Of a stretch of DNA of 64,000 nt, positions 58,983 to 64,000 are shown piece after piece. Source of the DNA: Macrostomum lignano (lineage: Eukaryota). The notes under the pieces were generated by a model. That model was not told the origin of the DNA and did no database searches. It was given only the letters and a program-made list of their open reading frames with translations. The DNA lies in assembly GCA_002269645.1 (NCBI GenBank), contig NIVC01000514.1, positions 1-64,000 of the forward strand, written 5' to 3'. Every line of letters starts with the position of its first letter. The first letter of the stretch is position 1. The translations under genes and the position numbers were made by a program.

Positions 58983-61900
58983 GACGCCGGCAGCGACTCC
59001 GACTCCCTGGACGACTGCCCGATAGTCTATGGGCCGACTACTGACTGGAGCCGGTTTGCCCGACCCACTGTCAGCTGCCAGTGCCGACCGTTGCCAAGCA
59101 ACGATCCGTCCTCGTCCTGCTGCTCCAGCGCCGACTGCGCCTGCCTGAGCGCTTGTGGCTCGGCCCCGGCCTGGTACTGCGGCAGCTCGGGACGCCTTCG
59201 GCAGGCCTACCTCGGCGGCGGGGACAGGTGCGGACTTTTACATTTGAAATTGGAAAATAAAGTAGAAGGCACTGCATGCATTTAGGCCGGCTTTGGCTGC
59301 AAAAACACTGGCGATATAGGATACAAATTTTCAATCCTATATACTAAAAATGAAATGTCTGTAACTAACTAGCTATGCGATAGATTTCAGAAAAAATGGC
59401 TCAACCGATTTTCTTCAAACTTGCACCATTCGATCAGAAATGTTCCTGGGACGGTACATGTATCTTGGCTAAGAAATTGCTCAATGTTAAAGGGATTAAA
59501 TATTCGAAAAACATGCTTTTTTGCAAAGGTCAAGCCAAATTTTTGACTTGAAATGCATTGTAAGAATGCTAGAGAAAAAACTGACTGGCTGAATTACGAT
59601 TGTGATAAAGATTGCATCACAACAAGGTGAAAACAGTGCCACAGAAACGCACACAAGACTTCATTGAAATTGCGTAACCATATTGCTAACTTGAATTGAG
59701 ACTGATACTGGCTGACTGAGAAATTGATTATGTCATAACTTTTTACTCTAACCGACTTGCTATAAGTATTGAATTATAAGGGCCACAAGTCATGTTCTCG
59801 ATTTGAAAAGAGATAGCCGGATGCAAACAGACTGGAATGCTAATGTAGCGACCTTGGTTCGAATCTTAGTGGTGAAAAATGTTTTTTTTATTAAAACACG
59901 TTAAAAAACACAAAATTCTCAACATTAAAGAGCCACCATATCGAAACATTAAAGAGCCACCATTTCAAACATTAAAGAGCCACAATGTCAAACATTAAAG
60001 AGCCACCATGTCGAACATAAAAGAGCCACCATATCAAACATACAAGAGTTACCATGTCAAACATTAAAGAGCCACCATGTCGAACATTAAAGAGCCACAA
60101 TGTCAAACATTAAAGAGCCACCATTTCAAACCTAAAAGAGCCACCATGTCGAACATTAAAAAGCCACCATGTCAAACATTAAAGAGCCACAATGGCAAAC
60201 ATTAAAGAGACACCATTTCAAACCTAAAAGAGTTACCATGTCAAACATTAAAGAGCCGCCAGGTCAAACATAAAACAGACACCATTAAGAACATTAAAGA
60301 GCCACCATGTCGAACATTAAAGAGCCACCATGTCAAACATAAAACAGCCACCATTTCGAAAATTAAAGAGCCACCATTTTAAACATTAAAGAGCCACCTT
60401 GTCAAATATTAAAGAGCCACAATGTCAAACATTAAAGAGCCACCTTATCAAACATTAAAGAGCCACCATGTCAAACATTAAAGAGCCACCATGTAAAACA
60501 TTAAAGAGCCACCATGTCGAACATAAAAGAGGTACCATGTCAAACATTAAAGACCCACCAGGTCAAACATGAAAGTGCCACCATGTCAAATATTAAAAAG
60601 CCACCATGTCAAACATTTAAGAGCCACCAGGTCAAACATGAAAGTGCCACCAGGTCAAACATATACATGACTCCATGTCAAACATTAAAGAGCCACCATG
60701 TCGAACATAAAAGGGCCACCATGTCAAATATTAAAGAGCCACCATGTCAAACATAAAAGAGCCACCAGGTCAAACATGAAAGTGCCACCATGTAAAACAT
60801 TAAAGAGCCACCATGTCAAACATTAAAGAGCCACCAGGTCAAACATATACATGACTCCATGTCAAACATTAAAGAGCCACCATGTCGAACATAAAAGGGC
60901 CACCATGTCAAATATTAAAGAGCCACCATGTCAAACATTAAAGAGCCACCAGGTCAAACATGAAAGTGCCACCATGTAAAACATTAAAGAGCCACCATGT
61001 CAAACATAAAATAGCCACCATATGAAACATATAGGTGACTCCATGTAAAACATTAAAGAGCTACCATACCAGACATATACATGAATCCATGTCAAACATA
61101 TACGTGACTCCATGTTAGACATTTAAGAGCCACCATGTCGAACATTAAAGAGCCAACGTGTTAAAAATACAAGAGCCACCAGGTCAAACATATATATGAC
61201 TCCATGTCAAACATTAAAGAGCCACCATGTCGAACATAAAAGGGCCACCATGTCAAATATTAAAGAGCCACCATGTCAAACATTTAAGAGCCACCATGTC
61301 AAACATATACATGACTCTATGTCAAACGTTAAAGAGACACCATGTCAAACATTACAGAGCCACCATGTCAAACATTTAAGAGCCACCAGGTCAAACATGA
61401 AAGTGCCACCATGTAAAACATTAAAGAGCCACCATGTCAAACATATACGTAACTCCATGTCAAACATTGAAGAGACCCCATGTCAAACATTAAAGAGCCA
61501 CCACGTCGAACATAAAAGAGCCACCATGTAAAACATATACGTAACTCCATGTCAAACATTGAAGCGACACCATGTCGAACATAAAAGAGCCACCATGTCG
61601 AACATAAAAGAGCCACCATGTCGAACATTAAAGAGCCACCATGTCGAACATAAAAGAGCTACCATGTCAAACATTAAAGAGCCACCATGTTAAACATAAA
61701 AGAGCCATCATGTCAAACATATAAGTGACTTTATGTCAAACATTAAAGAGCCACCATGTCTAACATTAAAGAGCCACCATGTCCAACATTAAAGAGCCAC
61801 CATGTCAAAAATTAAAGAGCCACCATGTCTATCATTAAAGAGCCATCATGTCAAACATTAAAGAGCTACTTTGTCTAACATTAAAGAGCCACCATGTCAA

Positions 61901-64000
61901 ACATTAAAGAGCTACTTTGTCTAACATTAAAGAGCCACCATGTCAAACATTAAAGAGCCACCATGTCAAACATTAAAGAGCCACCATGTCAAACATAAAA
62001 GAGCCACCTTTTTGAACATTAAAAAGCCACTTTGTCAAACATAGAAGAGCCCCCATGTCAAACATAGAAGAGCCCCCATGTCAAACATAGAAGAGCCCCC
62101 ATGTCAAACATAGAAGAGCCACTATGTCAGACATTGAAAAGCCACCGTATCAAACATAAAAGAGTTACCATGTACGAGCGTAGAACATAAAAGAGCCACC
62201 CTGTTAAACATAAAAAGATACACAATTTCAAACGTAAAAGTAAGCGAATTTTAAAGGAGCCGCTATAATGCTAAGGAAATTGTCGCACTAGCTACTTATT
62301 GTCTGGTGGATGCTTGCTATTTGGGGATGCTATCTATCTTGGGGATGCTTGCTATCTGGGGGATGCTTGCTATCTGGGGGATGCTTGCTATCTGGGGATG
62401 CTTGCTATCTGGGGGATGCTTGCTATCTGGGGATGCTTGCTATCTGGGGGATGCTTGCTATCTGGGGGATGCTTGCTATCTGGGGGATGCTTGCTATCTG
62501 GGGGATGCTTGCTATCTGGGGGATGCTTGCTATCTGAGGGATGCTTGCTATCTGGGGGATGCTTGCTATCTGGGGGATGCTTGCTATCTGGGGGATGCTT
62601 GCTGTCTGGGGATGCTTGCTATCTGGGGGATGCTTGCTATCTGAGGGATGCTTGCTATCTTGGGGATGCTTGCTATCTGGGGGATGCTTGCAATCTGGGG
62701 GATGCTTGCTATCTGGGGATGCTTGCCATCTTGGGGATGCTTGCTATCTAGGGGATGCTTGCTATCTGGGGGATGCTTGCAGTCTTGGGATGATTTCTTT
62801 TTGCAATGCACTTCATTTGAGCAGTTTGTCTGTTGTCTTTTTGAAGGATTTTTGGCTGTCTTTTTGTTACTTTAGAAAACAGAGATTCTATCCAGATGTC
62901 CCCCATCGGGGGGCGAAGATTGCTAGTTCTGCACTAAACTGACAGAACTTTGTATTTGGCATGGGGATTTGGATTGTGCACTTATTCGTAGGTTGTCACA
63001 AGTTTCTCGGGCTAAAAGCTTTAGTAAACCCTATTGGAGACCGAGAATCCGTTGAGGGAGCACGCATAGACGCATTGTGCGCGTTACCGTTCAATATTAG
63101 TTTGATCCCAGATTAGACCTGTGATTCGAACCACAGTAGAGCAACTGTTACCCCATTCGCAATTCACAGTGTGTATTGTGATTGTGTATTGAACATGGCC
63201 TCGTTCTCACAGACCAATCAGCAGACATGACATAAACAGCAGCCAGTCAGCGAGCGAGTGAAAATAGTTAGTACATGTACATGTAGTTCAGGATTTGCTG
63301 AAACCCGCAGCCGGCTGCCGCTGCCCCGTGTGCGCGAGTGCGGCGCCAGCTGCGCCTGCATGGACGCGGCGCACGCCTGTTGCAACCGCACGGTCGGTCG
63401 GCAGCTGCTCCGTCGGCCCGATGACCTGCTGGAAGTGTTCAACATCGGCACTCCAGCCGGACGGGGAGTGCGATCTCGCGTTGTTCTGGAGCTCGGTGAC
63501 TGCGTCGGCGTTTACCCCGGTGAGGTCATCAGCTCGGCCGAGATGCTGCGCAGGGAGGCCGCCCGGGGCCCCGACAGCGGCAACTTCATTTTTGTGCTGC
63601 GAGAGCAGGAATCTGCGCACAAGCTAACTCAAGGTCATCAGCTGACTCAAGGCCATCAGTCGGATCAGCTGACTCAAGGCCATCAGTCGGATCAGCTGAC
63701 TCAAGGCCATCAGTCGGATCAGCTGACTCAAGGCCATCAGTCGGATCAGCTGACTCAAGGCCATCAGTCGGATCAGCTGACTCAAGGCCATCAGTCGGAT
63801 CAGCTGACTCAAGGCCATCAGTCGGATCAGCTGACTCAAGGCCATCAGTCGGATCAGCTGACTCAAGGCCATCAGTCGGATCAGCTGACTCAAGGCCATC
63901 AGTCGGATCAGCTGACTCAAGGCCATCAGTCGGATCAGCTGACTCAAAGGGCTCTAACAGTCAAGGAGCAGGTGACCATCGTAGACGCCAGCGAGTCCGG
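58983..64000 (+). CDS. SETMAR-like pre-SET/SET histone lysine methyltransferase (partial; continues past the window end)
   Basis: Exon 58983-59227 (YGP..SCQC..CCSSADCACL) and an exon from 63311 (RVRECGASCAC..CCNRTV..LEVF..GRGVRS..GVYPGEVIS..NFIFVLRE ... TIVDASESG), matching pre-SET/SET motifs. The start codon is uncertain (in-frame ATG at 58935). Confidence 0.8.
59925..62215. repeat. 23-bp satellite (AAACATTAAAGAGCCACCATGTC), about 100 diverged units
   Basis: Direct observation. Confidence 0.95.
62305..62790. repeat. 19-20-bp minisatellite (GGGGATGCTTGCTATCTGG)
   Basis: Reverse complement of the 53195-53580 unit. Confidence 0.92.
63621..63947 (+). repeat. 27-bp minisatellite (CAGCTGACTCAAGGCCATCAGTCGGAT), 11 full units, in frame within the SET domain region
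   Basis: Units start at 63639+27n; no stop codon in the SET frame (QLTQGHQSD). Confidence 0.95.

Larger units (their letters stand above)
59335..62926 (+). mobile_element. Probable non-autonomous Helitron filled with tandem repeats, in the SET gene intron
   Basis: A|TCCTATATACTA 5' end, GGCTCAACCGATTTT motif, 3' hairpin CCCCATCGGGG followed by CTAG|T at 62923-62927; inserted between A and T with no TSD. Confidence 0.6.

Noticed and set aside
58935-58990. SL-supplied start codon for the SET gene (CPSF4-SET operon)
   Set aside because: Possible, since the acceptor at 58982 is phase 0, but an in-frame genomic ATG exists at 58935, so the sequence alone does not require it.
63282-63292. Acceptor TGTAGTTCAG|G for the SET exon
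   Set aside because: It is phase-incompatible with the phase-2 donor at 59227; the acceptor at 63310 restores the frame.

Overview
Eukaryotic (animal) genomic DNA with spliceosomal introns. It is most consistent with the flatworm Macrostomum lignano, inferred from a close match to the Macrostomum spliced-leader (SL) sequence as I recall it; this is not verified. Host genes: two head-to-head glycosyltransferase family 92 paralogues (the minus-strand copy has two frameshifts), a decayed Cys-rich repeat gene, METTL2 (tRNA m3C methyltransferase), an SLC16/MCT-type transporter (7 coding exons), CPSF4/CPSF30, and a SETMAR-like pre-SET/SET gene running off the right edge. Introns and intergenic DNA hold many mobile elements: an RT-deleted Ty3/gypsy element with near-identical LTRs, three solo LTRs with TSDs (one nested), a full-length but mutated APE-RT-RNase H LINE, a Penelope remnant, a SINE, a Crypton-like remnant, a probable non-autonomous Helitron and about 20 minisatellite or microsatellite arrays. 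The most notable observations are: (1) two SL-like copies inside the R region of a solo LTR; (2) METTL2 has no visible start exon and would be in frame with an SL-terminal AUG, downstream of the MCT gene (operon-like); (3) an array of tRNA-Leu primer-binding-site-like motifs with a 52-54 bp period; (4) a minimal HDV-like ribozyme exactly at the LINE 5' end; (5) several minisatellites whose unit is copied from an exon end, splice donor or stop codon. All alignments, counts and RNA folds were done by eye.
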